Shown here piece after piece: positions 54,601-63,859 of a DNA stretch of 64,000 bases. The first letter of the stretch is position 1; every line of letters starts with the position of its first letter. Made by a program: the position numbers and the translations under genes. The stretch covers positions 1-64,000 of the IMG/VR virus record IMGVR_UViG_3300009034_000020. One strand, given 5' to 3'. Source of the stretch: a virus. The notes beneath the pieces are model-generated. The model was not told the DNA's origin. It saw only the letters and a list, made by a program, of their open reading frames with translations, and searched no databases.

Positions 54601-57598
54601 CCTCCATCTCCACCGGCACATGCAGCGAGTGCTTGTGGGCTGGGAAGGGAACCCCAAGAACTGGAAGCGGATCAAGGAGTTCAACCGACTCCAGGGCGAG
54701 GTTACCGCAGAGCAGGGCCGGCGCCTGACGGACATCAACGAGAGATTCTACCAGAAGGCGGCCCGCGAGGGCCTAGAGTCCGTAGAGTATACCGATGACC
54801 TTGCTCGCGCGTGGGACGAGTACTTCGAGATCAAGGACAAAGCCTACAAGGAGCTCCACAACTTCGTGCGCACGGAGACAGGAAAGGTCCTAGGAGACGA
54901 CCAGGTGCGAGTCGTTGACGAGTGGTACGACGGCCTGCGGAAGACGCACCAGCAACACCGGGCTAACATCCAGGAAGCCGCGAAGGAAGGTACCTTCGAG
55001 GCGTGGGGTAAGGCCGGTGAGAAGAACAAGATCCTCTACGAGACCAACGCGAAGCGCCGTGCTGGGATCTTCGGACATGGTGTAAACGACCCGCCTGCCG
55101 CACAGCAGATAATGGATGCTTCTGGGCCGCTGGCGAAGGAAGTTGACACGTATGCTCAGTACCTCAAGGCCGAGCTCCGGGCAGCCTTGCCTGAGCTCAA
55201 GACCGGTAAGCGCGCGCTCGCTGCCCCGCTTCGGGGGAGCGCTGCGGAGGAGATCCGCGCGAACGCCAAGCAGGTCATGAACAACTGGAAGGCGGCTAGC
55301 CAGGAGGTCGTAGGCACGGCGATGGCTAAGACCGACTTCATCATGCTCAACTACAACAACCAGTACGGCTTCGACCGCCTGTTCCAGGCGTTCATGCCCT
55401 TCTTCTTCTGGCCGACACGAGACACAATCCACTGGGCCGTCCGCGCAGCCCGCCAGCCCGGCGCCTTCGTTGGTGTGTGGCAGGCCATGTTGTGGCCGAA
55501 AGCCTACTCGGAGCAGTACGGCCTTCCCGAGCGCCTGCAATTCAACATCCCGGTCTACATGCCGGGGTTGGGCGAGGCGCTGTCGAAGACACCTATTGTC
55601 GGCGAGATGCTCAGTGACGCTAGCTTCAGCCCGCTCTACTTCATCGACCCCATCCGGCTGATGTTCCCATTCACGTCCTGGCGTGATCAGTACGACAGCC
55701 CGATGCGCCGTGACACTCCGGCTGGCCGTACACTTGACTTCATGGAGAATTGGTTCCCCATGATGTCCGTCAACCCATTCGCCAAGATCATCGGCGCTGA
55801 GACTGGGCTGCTCGACAAGGATGCCTGGTCGAGCGTGCAATTCTCCGGCGGTCCCTACGGGATCCCGCTATCGGCTACCGGCCAGGCTGCCGGCCGCTGG
55901 TTGTACGGCGGTGACCTTGATGCCATCCCCGAGGAGGAGATGTACAGCTACACCGAAAAGGGATACTTCAGCATCCCCTTCCTGGGCCGGGCCTTGAATC
56001 TTGAGCCCGACCGCTTCGACATCTACCGAGCCGAGCGTGCTACCTGGGCGCTGGCCGCAACAGACGACCTCCTACCTGGTGAGCCGCACGATGTACAGGC
56101 CAAGGCGGCCATGCTAGCCGTGCGGGACCACAAGGGCAAGGCATGGGCTACGGCTGTGCGCGCTGCGGAAGGCGAGGACTTCCTGCGCATGGCTACCAGC
56201 TACATCGGCTTCCCCTTCGGTGGATTCAAGGGGATGCAGGAGGGCGAGCGCATCTGGTACGGGCTCCGCGGAGCCTACTCCGAGTACGCTGAGGAGGGCA
56301 AGATCGACGAGTTCTTCGAGAAGTACCCCGAGTTCCAGGTGCGAACCGCAGTAGTACGCGGCCTCAGCGACCCGGATGCAAAGCGCCGGGCCATCGACAC
56401 ATCGCTCTTCTACGATGACGTAGAGAAGATCGTAGAGGCGCCTTATGCTACACAGATCGCCCGGATCCAGTCCGAGTTGACCACTCTCGCCCACCTCACA
56501 CAGACAGACTCGGTGAGAGAACAGGTTAGCTTCCTCAAGAAGGAGCTGGGGGCCATCCGAGTCGAGCAGAAGGGCCTACGCACACTAGTCGAGAACATGT
56601 ATCCATACCGAGATACCACCATCTCGCTCCGGCACCCGCCTCGGGACTACGCGCTGCGTGCTGTAGACGATGAGTGGTACGCGCTGAGCACGACGTGGTA
56701 CGAGAGCGACGGTGATGCACTAGCCGACTTCGAGAGCCTGGAAGAGGCGCAGGAAGCATGGCTCTCCCAATTCCCAGCCTATGGCACGGGTGGGAGCTAC
56801 ACCGAGAAGGACTGGCAGGATGCCTTCAACGACTACGCCAACCTCACACTGAAGTACGGGAAGGCTATGCAGTCGGCCGCTCGGGATGAAGAGTGGGAGC
56901 TCCGTGATTCACTGAAAGAAGAAATGAACGCGAAGCTAGAGGCTGCGCACGAGCGCTGGGCGCAGGGGCTCTCACGCCGCGACGTGGAGAGCTATCTCGC
57001 CTCGCGCAAGCGCCCGAAGACGCCCGAGGAGGTCGAGTTCCTGTACGCGCGCGACCTACGTGAGATGTGGATGAGCCTCGTAGCACGTGGCTCGCCGTTC
57101 ACCAGCAGAGAGAAAGGTGACATCAGCGACTTCTTCCGGTCCATGCCGGTAATCCAGAAGCACTACCCATTCAAGGCCGCGCCTCTGGAGAACTTTACCA
57201 TCGAGCAGCGGTTCGCCATGTTCCGCCGAGACGAGATCTGGGACCGCTATTACGCCTTCAGCGATCCAGGCGTGGCGGTGGACTTCATGAAGGTCGTTGG
57301 TGAGGAGCTGAACACGATCAACGAGTTCCTGGGCCTACCCCCTATGCGGCTCATCGACTACCGTCAGCCCCCGCCTGAGCTGGGCGCCGGCGACCCCTTC
57401 CTTGCGCTGATGCAAATGCGACTCGCAATCCTGCGTGAGGCTGGCCTGGAGGAGGACGCGAAGGAAGGGGAAGAGCCCATGGACGCCGAGACGCTCCAGT
57501 ACTATTCGGAGCTCCTGGCGGCAGATCCCGATGACCCTAGCCCGCTGAGCACTAGCGACGTTGACTGGCTTATAGCGCAGTGGGCCGATCCTGATTAG
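51671..57598 (+). CDS. very large protein, putative internal virion/ejection protein
   Basis: 1975-aa mostly helical ORF; ...NY......FMPFFFW segment resembles large phage internal proteins. Confidence 0.6.
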   Translation: MGSPWDVIKGGAQKLGDVVEDVALFPVKASTKIWQHTGWLFGVEPGFLPKEEDIKIQAEAALEAKSPEQAREIINSYIGHESGDAAIVRMMQRQGLLERTLFSTEPEDAYLSIDPFSNTGRTLFASGALGDQYGGIDPWMLSDTTLQGLMEENPRMMWLYMREKDPLAMMPVVAETDMEKVGQGQSGKWYDSIFDLGGRILGGGKDIGMRIIMVPERFEEMAGWYYYNDIPDAHMRLQMAHQMYEYNLNFWDWDKTHEAGARNAMDEITARGLRGEEAAEELAKYMATDNMGLAGSVTDLVGKILYDPLWLVPVGKVAQLGVGMPLRAATGAPKISRLLRFFAPATRRAMKDAPRGTYTWKKIYEMDALTHADFRAASAGKGALAFLAERDPGAFGRLVARQMQYKIYPHMDDIARDLGVGGKMMDDLLRTFQTGKLQGWVKQGIPDLFDEPTEAIANFSRRACSQGEFTMGVNQKLSDIAESPFWSAFNRYDEIASEIGEHVTAPGVLSAGTRTTIRKLADDVVRLAAQGERPSPTLQRLGQNLHEAARTGNKVAIRQHSDELLSTVRLARSTTIETHFLDQANNAMVTAQKAVFRNSAAGRILVDKWMPIVGGMRQAIAGITLNNPGFVFLNIMSNMARHMWTFARHPGLAGRTYSQSLFAEMTAVFPRGGKYPALFLRRLGGHPGLTPRRVEHFISSQTGIHELLAQRVARGELGPSEMMELLAKESQQPIKHLFEAPRKVFGLNQDKLMFPVYLAGRMDSAARRGAFFASLNEQAGLMAVPSWVGRGPGRALADDLARMGVEGSTARRIESQQLDDLRAIMTGELEVPAGKTAEGFFLERALVRADQIEQGVATAGGFSVTDVAWRWAKLGEPQGLGLLSDDAARAALRDIWPLADQLHVEVLEPYLAEVIAGKRTLRSLNHMIDARVMPYYGEADIMAQLSNMHNMIRNPTTYLDGLRLSNRAIVAEMADDALHLHRHMQRVLVGWEGNPKNWKRIKEFNRLQGEVTAEQGRRLTDINERFYQKAAREGLESVEYTDDLARAWDEYFEIKDKAYKELHNFVRTETGKVLGDDQVRVVDEWYDGLRKTHQQHRANIQEAAKEGTFEAWGKAGEKNKILYETNAKRRAGIFGHGVNDPPAAQQIMDASGPLAKEVDTYAQYLKAELRAALPELKTGKRALAAPLRGSAAEEIRANAKQVMNNWKAASQEVVGTAMAKTDFIMLNYNNQYGFDRLFQAFMPFFFWPTRDTIHWAVRAARQPGAFVGVWQAMLWPKAYSEQYGLPERLQFNIPVYMPGLGEALSKTPIVGEMLSDASFSPLYFIDPIRLMFPFTSWRDQYDSPMRRDTPAGRTLDFMENWFPMMSVNPFAKIIGAETGLLDKDAWSSVQFSGGPYGIPLSATGQAAGRWLYGGDLDAIPEEEMYSYTEKGYFSIPFLGRALNLEPDRFDIYRAERATWALAATDDLLPGEPHDVQAKAAMLAVRDHKGKAWATAVRAAEGEDFLRMATSYIGFPFGGFKGMQEGERIWYGLRGAYSEYAEEGKIDEFFEKYPEFQVRTAVVRGLSDPDAKRRAIDTSLFYDDVEKIVEAPYATQIARIQSELTTLAHLTQTDSVREQVSFLKKELGAIRVEQKGLRTLVENMYPYRDTTISLRHPPRDYALRAVDDEWYALSTTWYESDGDALADFESLEEAQEAWLSQFPAYGTGGSYTEKDWQDAFNDYANLTLKYGKAMQSAARDEEWELRDSLKEEMNAKLEAAHERWAQGLSRRDVESYLASRKRPKTPEEVEFLYARDLREMWMSLVARGSPFTSREKGDISDFFRSMPVIQKHYPFKAAPLENFTIEQRFAMFRRDEIWDRYYAFSDPGVAVDFMKVVGEELNTINEFLGLPPMRLIDYRQPPPELGAGDPFLALMQMRLAILREAGLEEDAKEGEEPMDAETLQYYSELLAADPDDPSPLSTSDVDWLIAQWADPD

Positions 57599-57604
57599 TA
57601 GCCC

Positions 57605-57633
57605 TTGACAAGCTAAGGGATAACGTGTATAAT
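57605..57633 (+). promoter_or_regulatory. consensus sigma70 promoter for scaffold/capsid genes
   Basis: TTGACA-N17-TATAAT. Confidence 0.85.
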
Positions 57634-57670
57634 CAAGTTAGCATTACCAGTAGGAGGAGGAAACTGAGAC

Positions 57671-58621
57671 ATGGCTGGTGAAGTCAAGACCGACGAAGAG
57701 GGGACTAAGTATCAGGAAGTGACACCGGGCACTCCCGATGACCCTTTCCGCGACAAGTCCAAGGACCCTTCGCCGGCAGCTTCGGAGACACCACCGGAGA
57801 AGCCAGCGGAGACCCCAGCGGCTAGTCCTGGAGAAGGCACGGAAGGCGAGGGCGCTCCTACTAAGCCCACTCCTGCCCCAGCCAAGGACCCGGCCGGGGC
57901 GGCGCCGGATGCCGAACCTACTCCCGAATCTGAGGCTGAGGCCGCAGAGGCTGCAAGGGCAGCGGAAGCAGAGAAGCAAGCGGCGATAAAGAAGCTAAAC
58001 GACTACGCCGAAGAGCAGGCCCGCGAGAAGGTAGAAGCGGTGCGTCGAGAGGCGCAAAGTACTGCCGACAAGCGGGATGCAGCTCGGCAGGCGGAGATCG
58101 AGCGGCTACAGCAGGAAGAGCGGAAATCCAGGGATGAACTCCGCGAGCTGAAACTGTCGGGCCTTAGCGACGAGGAAAAGGCAGCCATGCGGAAAGCCTG
58201 GGAACAGGACGACCGCAAGGAGGGCCTTGACGCTTACGCTAAGTTACTCGAAACCCAGCATCAGGAGCTTGTGGTGACGCTCTTGGTACGGGACTACGGG
58301 GAGTACGGTGTCACTGCCAAGGACCTGGCGGAGCTTGAATCTCCAGAGGAGATGGAGCTCTTCTGTGCGGAAGTGAAGTCGGCCTACCTCGAAGAGATGC
58401 TGAAGCAGGCCCGCGAGGGCAAGGCACCCGATGGGAAGCCTGCCCCAGCAACACCAGCACCGGCTGAGAAACCCGCTCCCGCTGGAGCACATGCTCCGAG
58501 CGATGCCGGTGGTGGGGGCTCGCCACCACCTCCGAAGGAGCCTCGAAAGGACCAAGGTCCCGAGGCGCTGGAGGAGAACCTGCGCGGACTGGAGTGGGAG
58601 AGCGTTCGAAAAGAAAAGTAG
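57671..58621 (+). CDS. capsid scaffolding protein
   Basis: Pro/Glu/Ala low-complexity ends with coiled-coil core, directly before the MCP. Confidence 0.7.
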   Translation: MAGEVKTDEEGTKYQEVTPGTPDDPFRDKSKDPSPAASETPPEKPAETPAASPGEGTEGEGAPTKPTPAPAKDPAGAAPDAEPTPESEAEAAEAARAAEAEKQAAIKKLNDYAEEQAREKVEAVRREAQSTADKRDAARQAEIERLQQEERKSRDELRELKLSGLSDEEKAAMRKAWEQDDRKEGLDAYAKLLETQHQELVVTLLVRDYGEYGVTAKDLAELESPEEMELFCAEVKSAYLEEMLKQAREGKAPDGKPAPATPAPAEKPAPAGAHAPSDAGGGGSPPPPKEPRKDQGPEALEENLRGLEWESVRKEK

Positions 58622-58642
58622 TAACCAAGGAGGTTACCTGAA

Positions 58643-59854
58643 GTGTCTGGCACGATGGAAACCCAGCGTGTCGCTGGTACTGTCGGCGGTTACCCCGCGG
58701 AGATCGACAGCACGTTGAAGGTGCGGTGGGTAGCACCACTGCTCGTCAACATGGCTGAGCGCTCCACGGACCTGCTGAAGTACTTCGGCGGCGTAGAGGC
58801 TTTCCAGTACAACAACACCAAGATCGAGTGGGTAGAGGATGACCCCTGGAACCGGCGTGTAACCCTTGCCGCCAACATGACTGCTGCTGTGACAACCATG
58901 CAGATCACCGGCGCAGCACACCGCTTCCCAGTCGGCACCATCTTTCACAACTCGAACCCGAATAGCGCCGGCGTTGCCCACAACGAGTTCTGCCGAGTTA
59001 CGGGCCACGTGGACGCCAACAACCTGACCGTACAGCGCGAGATCGCTGGTGGTGGATCCATGACCAACGAAACATGGGCGACCACGGATGAGGTCTTCGT
59101 GTCCGGCTTCTCCATGCACGAGAACGACAACTGGGTCTTCCGGCCTACGGCCGTCTTCACGATGCCGTACAACCACTCCCAGGTTCACTCGGTCGGCGTG
59201 CAGGAGTCCTTCCGCCGGATGGAGACTGCCATCTACGGACTCCAGGGAAGTGACCTAGACAAGCAGGCTGCCGACACCGTTGCCGAGCAGTTTGTGTTGA
59301 TGGAGATGGAAGCCGCGCACGGCGCCCGCTCCGCAGGTACTTCCAGCATTCCTTCCATGTTCGGTGGCGTCAAGTATTACGTGACTGCGGCCAACGGCGC
59401 GCAGATCACGGACTGCGGCGGCGCTGCGCTGGCCAGGAAGGACATTGATGACCTTCTCCAGGCTCTGTACTACTCTGTGGGCGGCGACAAGATGGCCCGC
59501 ACCATGGTAGTTTCGGCCTGGGCGAAGAGGAAGATCTCGGCGTTCTTCTCCACGGCAGAGCGCTTGGGTCCTGGCACTCAGGACGCAGGTGTAGTCGTGG
59601 ATCGGTTGAACACCGACTTCGGTGTCATCGACATTCTCCTGCACACCGCTGTGCAGCAGGATGAGATCCTGTTCCTACGGCGCGAGAACCACAAGCTCGG
59701 GCATCACGGTACGCTGGGAGCTCCGCAGCTTCGCCAGTTGCCGCCTAGCTCGGCCGGTCCCCGCGTGCAGCAGGCTTTCTACGCGGACCTGTCCATGATC
59801 AACAGTGCGCCGCGTTCGGAGGGTCGGATCAGTAACTTCAGTACCACGAGCTAA
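58643..59854 (+). CDS. major capsid protein (SU10/DUF5309-like)
   Basis: NTKIEWVED, N.SQ, ME....G, MFGG, TDFG.I motifs. Confidence 0.8.
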   Translation: MSGTMETQRVAGTVGGYPAEIDSTLKVRWVAPLLVNMAERSTDLLKYFGGVEAFQYNNTKIEWVEDDPWNRRVTLAANMTAAVTTMQITGAAHRFPVGTIFHNSNPNSAGVAHNEFCRVTGHVDANNLTVQREIAGGGSMTNETWATTDEVFVSGFSMHENDNWVFRPTAVFTMPYNHSQVHSVGVQESFRRMETAIYGLQGSDLDKQAADTVAEQFVLMEMEAAHGARSAGTSSIPSMFGGVKYYVTAANGAQITDCGGAALARKDIDDLLQALYYSVGGDKMARTMVVSAWAKRKISAFFSTAERLGPGTQDAGVVVDRLNTDFGVIDILLHTAVQQDEILFLRRENHKLGHHGTLGAPQLRQLPPSSAGPRVQQAFYADLSMINSAPRSEGRISNFSTTS

Positions 59855-59884
59855 GGCCCGTAAGCTGAAGAGAGGAGATAGCTG

Positions 59885-61300
59885 ATGTCCGACAATCCCA
59901 TTACTGGGTTCAGAGAAATCCGGGAGGGTCTCGCCGACCAGACCGGCGGCCTCCCTGAGCTAGATCTTGACGTTACCATTGATCTCGGCGCCGGGTCCAT
60001 CGACACAGATGAGATTGCAGACGACGCGATCACGGGACTCAAGACCGTAACTACGGCTATCGGTGACTATCAGAAGGGCACCGAAGTCGCTATCGATCAC
60101 GCGGACGGCCTTGCGGCTCACGATCTGTTGGCCGCCGACGCTTCCCTTGATCGAATCGCCCTTGTTCTGGGTGTGGCCACGGAAGCCGCCGCTGGCGGCC
60201 CTGACTTCGATGTCGGTTCCGAGACCACTGACCCTGCCTCCTGCATGGAAGACATTGCGGCTGGCGCGTGGGAAGAGGGCGACAAGTTCGTAGGCATCTG
60301 CCTTCTGCCGGCAACGGAGAAGTTGGTCTGCACGATTGCCGCCGCAGGTACGGCTGGAGCAATCACGTTCCACATCCTGACCTGTGAGGCGAACGTCGAG
60401 ACTGCGCAGATCGCCGACCTCGCGGTTACCACTGCGAAGATCGCCAACGATGCAGTCACTGGACTAAAGACTCCGAAGTCCGCGGTCGGTGAACTAGCCG
60501 AGAACGTCGTCACAGAGCAGGCAGTTGACCACGCTGATGGTGGCCCGGTTACCCTGTTGGCAGCCGATGCTACTATGGCGCGGGTGGTCCTCTGCTACGC
60601 AGAGTGCACGGAAACCTTCGCTGGCGATATCACCCATCCCGAATTCGACGTAGGCTCCGCGACTACAGCCACCGATGGCATGTTCAACGACATCGGCGCC
60701 GGTGACGCTGAAGACGGAGACAAGATGGTCGGTATCATCGACCTTCCCGCTGGGGAAGCGTTGGTCTGCACGATCAACGACGCAGGTTCTGGTGCTGGCG
60801 CTGCTGGCGTGATTACCTTCCGCTGCGTACCGATCCTCATCCAGAAGCTAGAAGGCACCAACCTGACCGACAAGGCTGTTGGTTACCTTGAGCTTGCTAC
60901 CGCGGTTACGATTGACCATGGCGACGGCGCTGGTCCACACGACCTCCTGGCCGCTGATGGCTCTAACGCGCGTGTATGCCTAGTCTACGCAGAAGCTACC
61001 GAAGCTCCTACAGGCTGTGAATGGGACGTTGGTTCTGAGACAACGGCTCCTAACGCCTGCTACGATGACCTCGGCGCTGGAGCGTGGATAGTAGGTGATC
61101 GTTTCGTCGGTATGTGTGACCTACCGGCGGGTGAAAAACTCCAGGTCACGTTCAACACCGCTGGCACTACGGGTACGATTCTCTTCCGTGTGGTTGTGCT
61201 AGGCGCAGACCTTGAGATTCAAACAGGTCAGATCGCCGATGCATCTATCACCGGAGCGAAGATCGCGGCCCACGTGCACAGAAGCCCCGACTGGTTGTGA
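59885..61300 (+). CDS. repeat-domain virion (decoration-like) protein, N-terminal part
   Basis: Three repeats of DH.DG..LLAAD...DVGS.TT...DIG.G...GD...LP..E.L. Confidence 0.7.
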   Translation: MSDNPITGFREIREGLADQTGGLPELDLDVTIDLGAGSIDTDEIADDAITGLKTVTTAIGDYQKGTEVAIDHADGLAAHDLLAADASLDRIALVLGVATEAAAGGPDFDVGSETTDPASCMEDIAAGAWEEGDKFVGICLLPATEKLVCTIAAAGTAGAITFHILTCEANVETAQIADLAVTTAKIANDAVTGLKTPKSAVGELAENVVTEQAVDHADGGPVTLLAADATMARVVLCYAECTETFAGDITHPEFDVGSATTATDGMFNDIGAGDAEDGDKMVGIIDLPAGEALVCTINDAGSGAGAAGVITFRCVPILIQKLEGTNLTDKAVGYLELATAVTIDHGDGAGPHDLLAADGSNARVCLVYAEATEAPTGCEWDVGSETTAPNACYDDLGAGAWIVGDRFVGMCDLPAGEKLQVTFNTAGTTGTILFRVVVLGADLEIQTGQIADASITGAKIAAHVHRSPDWL

Positions 61301-62384
61301 GTGGGATGTCGGTTCCGATACTACGGACACCGATGCCTGCTTCGACGACATCGGTGGAGGCGCGTGGGAAGTTGGAGACCGTCTTATCGGTGTATGTGAC
61401 CTGCCCCCGAGTGAGGCACTGATCGTTACATTCACTACCGCCGGTACTGCGGGTACCATCAACTTCCGAATAGTTGACCTTCTTGGTCAGACTAAGTTGA
61501 CTGGCGACAACCTCTACAACACGGCTGTCAACTCCCTCGACAACCCAACTGCGGCTGGAGTCGAAGTAGACCACGGGGACGCTTCTCCGGTTCAGGTCCT
61601 CGCGGCGGACGCTAACTACGACCGGTTCGTCCTTGTGACCGCAAGGTGCACCGAGTCGTATGCTGGCGCCCCAGACTGGGATCTGGGCTCCGCTACTACG
61701 GATCCCGATTGCATCTTCGATGACATCGGTAGTGGGGCGTTCATCCTGGGACGCCGGTTCATGGGTGTTGGCTTCCTACCCGCGACCGAAGCACTAGTGT
61801 GCACGCTCAACGTGGCGGGTACTGCCGGTAAGATCATATTCTATGTCGATGTTGTGGAGTCACGACCGATTGAGCGCGACATCGGTACTATCCAGTTGGA
61901 TATTACCTCGGCGCGCGAGATCGCCGCCAACGCTATCCAGAACCTGGCCGCACACGGCGGTATCATGGCTCAGGACAGCGTGCCGGACCTCAACCGCGTG
62001 AACGCGGCTGTGGACAAGGCGCTACGGTTGGAATGGGCAGCCAACGAATTGGATGAGATCCAGTTCGGCCCTATCGCCGTTCCGGCGGACTTCGACGATA
62101 GCCAAGACATGACCATCCACCTGATGGGTAACATGTCTGCTGCCAATGATACCCCGGCTGTCGATGTGCACTTCTACGTTGGTGTAGGTGACACTGAGTG
62201 TGGCGGAAACACCACGGCCTTCGGATCGACCTTGGCTGAGGAGACTGTGACAATCGCTAACGGCGACTTGGCCGCAGCTCCTAGCTTCTGGAACATCTCG
62301 TTGATCCCTGGTGCGCACGCCAACGACGCTCTGTACATCTACGCTGCGTGGATCGAGTACAAGCGAAAGCCGAGCACCTGCTAA
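61212..62384 (+). CDS. repeat-domain virion protein, C-terminal part in +1 frame
   Basis: Same repeat resumes at CTEAPTGCEWDVGS near 61275; no clear start or RBS. Confidence 0.6.
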   Translation: MRFKQVRSPMHLSPERRSRPTCTEAPTGCEWDVGSDTTDTDACFDDIGGGAWEVGDRLIGVCDLPPSEALIVTFTTAGTAGTINFRIVDLLGQTKLTGDNLYNTAVNSLDNPTAAGVEVDHGDASPVQVLAADANYDRFVLVTARCTESYAGAPDWDLGSATTDPDCIFDDIGSGAFILGRRFMGVGFLPATEALVCTLNVAGTAGKIIFYVDVVESRPIERDIGTIQLDITSAREIAANAIQNLAAHGGIMAQDSVPDLNRVNAAVDKALRLEWAANELDEIQFGPIAVPADFDDSQDMTIHLMGNMSAANDTPAVDVHFYVGVGDTECGGNTTAFGSTLAEETVTIANGDLAAAPSFWNISLIPGAHANDALYIYAAWIEYKRKPSTC

Positions 62385-62393
62385 GGCTACTGA

Positions 62394-62424
62394 CTTGGGG
62401 GGCCGGTGACCCCGGTCCCCCAAG
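62394..62424 (+). terminator. GC-rich hairpin (processing/attenuation site or weak terminator)
   Basis: CTTGGGGGGCCGG-TGACC-CCGGTCCCCCAAG; no T tail. Confidence 0.45.
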
Positions 62425-62439
62425 AGGAGAGGAGAGCAC

Positions 62440-62883
62440 ATGAGCGACAATCCAATTAGTGGCCGAAGCGCAGTCCAAGAGGGTGCACGTAGCCCTGTTG
62501 GTGAGAGAGAAGCAGTGGTTCGCGCCGTCGTAGCCATGTACGCCGTTGGCGAACATGGCGGTGCGGTTGGCACCGTCTACCTGGACAAGAAGCTCCCACC
62601 GGGAGCAGTGGTGTTTGCAGGCGGAATGCGCGTGATCACCAGTCCTGTAGGTGGTGGCGCAAGTGTCGGCGTGAACCTTGAAGGCGCCAGCGATATTGTC
62701 GCTTCTGCCGCAATTAGTGGAGCTCCTTGGAGCACCACCGGCAACAAGGACATTATCCCTGACGGCACCGGTACAGCGATGGTGAGAACCACCGACTACC
62801 GGCAACTAGCAGTAACGATTAGCGCGGCAGCTCTCACGGCGGGCATCTTCATCGTGTACCTGCTGTACGTGCTAGAGGAATAG
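62440..62883 (+). CDS. putative capsid decoration protein
   Basis: LPPGAVV...V.T...ALTAG...V.L.Y jelly-roll-like pattern. Confidence 0.6.
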   Translation: MSDNPISGRSAVQEGARSPVGEREAVVRAVVAMYAVGEHGGAVGTVYLDKKLPPGAVVFAGGMRVITSPVGGGASVGVNLEGASDIVASAAISGAPWSTTGNKDIIPDGTGTAMVRTTDYRQLAVTISAAALTAGIFIVYLLYVLEE

Positions 62884-62896
62884 GAGGAAGAAGAAG

Positions 62897-63328
62897 ATGC
62901 CTGTTGGAGGTTTCGAACCACAGACAGACATACGCCTCGCTGTAGTCCCTGCTGAGGCTGCTGTTGAGGGCACTCCGACTATCGCAGAGCTCGGACTGTT
63001 GGCTGTTCCTGACGGCGCCAACTTCCAGTTGGAACTCGTGTCGGTCGGTTGCGTGATGCACACCCTGCCCATCGACGCAGGCGGTGTCACAGTTGACATC
63101 GAGTGGTGCGACGACTCGGCCTCGGATGCAGTGACCGACCTGTTGGCGGGGTATGACCTGACCGCTGGTGGATCTACTGTCCTGGTCTACAACCAGATCT
63201 GGCGTGGTAGTCAGATCCTGGATCCAGGTGACGCTGTAAACGCCGAGTTCGCTACGGACGGTACAATCAGCACACCGGGTCAGGGTCTCGCGTTCATCGT
63301 CGAGTTCCGCGTGCTGAAGCACAGCTAG
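62897..63328 (+). CDS. virion protein, paralog A
   Basis: MPVGGFEPQT...; similar along its full length to the next gene. Confidence 0.65.
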   Translation: MPVGGFEPQTDIRLAVVPAEAAVEGTPTIAELGLLAVPDGANFQLELVSVGCVMHTLPIDAGGVTVDIEWCDDSASDAVTDLLAGYDLTAGGSTVLVYNQIWRGSQILDPGDAVNAEFATDGTISTPGQGLAFIVEFRVLKHS

Positions 63329-63339
63329 GAGGGGAAGAC

Positions 63340-63765
63340 ATGCCTTATGGAGGTTTCGAACCGCAGACAGCGGTACAGGTAGTAGTCATTCCCGCGGACG
63401 CGGCGCTTGAAACGACGCCCACCATCGCAGAGCTCGGATTGCTAGCTTGTCCAGACAATGCCGGCATGAAGTTGGAGCTCCTAGCGGTCGGTGTTGTCGC
63501 CGAGACCATCCCGGTAGATGCCGGCGATCCCGCGACGGTTGACATCGAGTGGTGTGACGACTCGAACTCGGATGCAGTAGCGGACCTGGAGGCGAGTTTC
63601 AACTTGCTGACCATCACGGCCAAGGTCTACAACGAGATCTGGCGTGGTAGTCAGATCCTAGATCCAGGTGACGCTGTGAATGCCGAGTTCACGGTCACTA
63701 CACCCGACACGGCGGCCGAAGGCATTGCGTTCGTCGTCGAGTTCCGCGTTTTGCAGCGCAGTTAG
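63340..63765 (+). CDS. virion protein, paralog B
   Basis: MPYGGFEPQT...; shares IWRGSQILDPGDAVNAEF. Confidence 0.65.
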   Translation: MPYGGFEPQTAVQVVVIPADAALETTPTIAELGLLACPDNAGMKLELLAVGVVAETIPVDAGDPATVDIEWCDDSNSDAVADLEASFNLLTITAKVYNEIWRGSQILDPGDAVNAEFTVTTPDTAAEGIAFVVEFRVLQRS

Positions 63766-63859
63766 TTTAGCAGGCTCGGGCGGGCGGAGGCAGAGCCTCC
63801 TTCCTCGATGCACCTCCGCTGCTTCTGCCCCCCTGGACCTAGCCAAGAAGGAGGCTACC

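Noticed and set aside
59885-63765. Diversity-generating retroelement (template/variable repeats)
   Set aside because: No reverse transcriptase is recognised in the window, and repeat differences do not look adenine-specific by eye.
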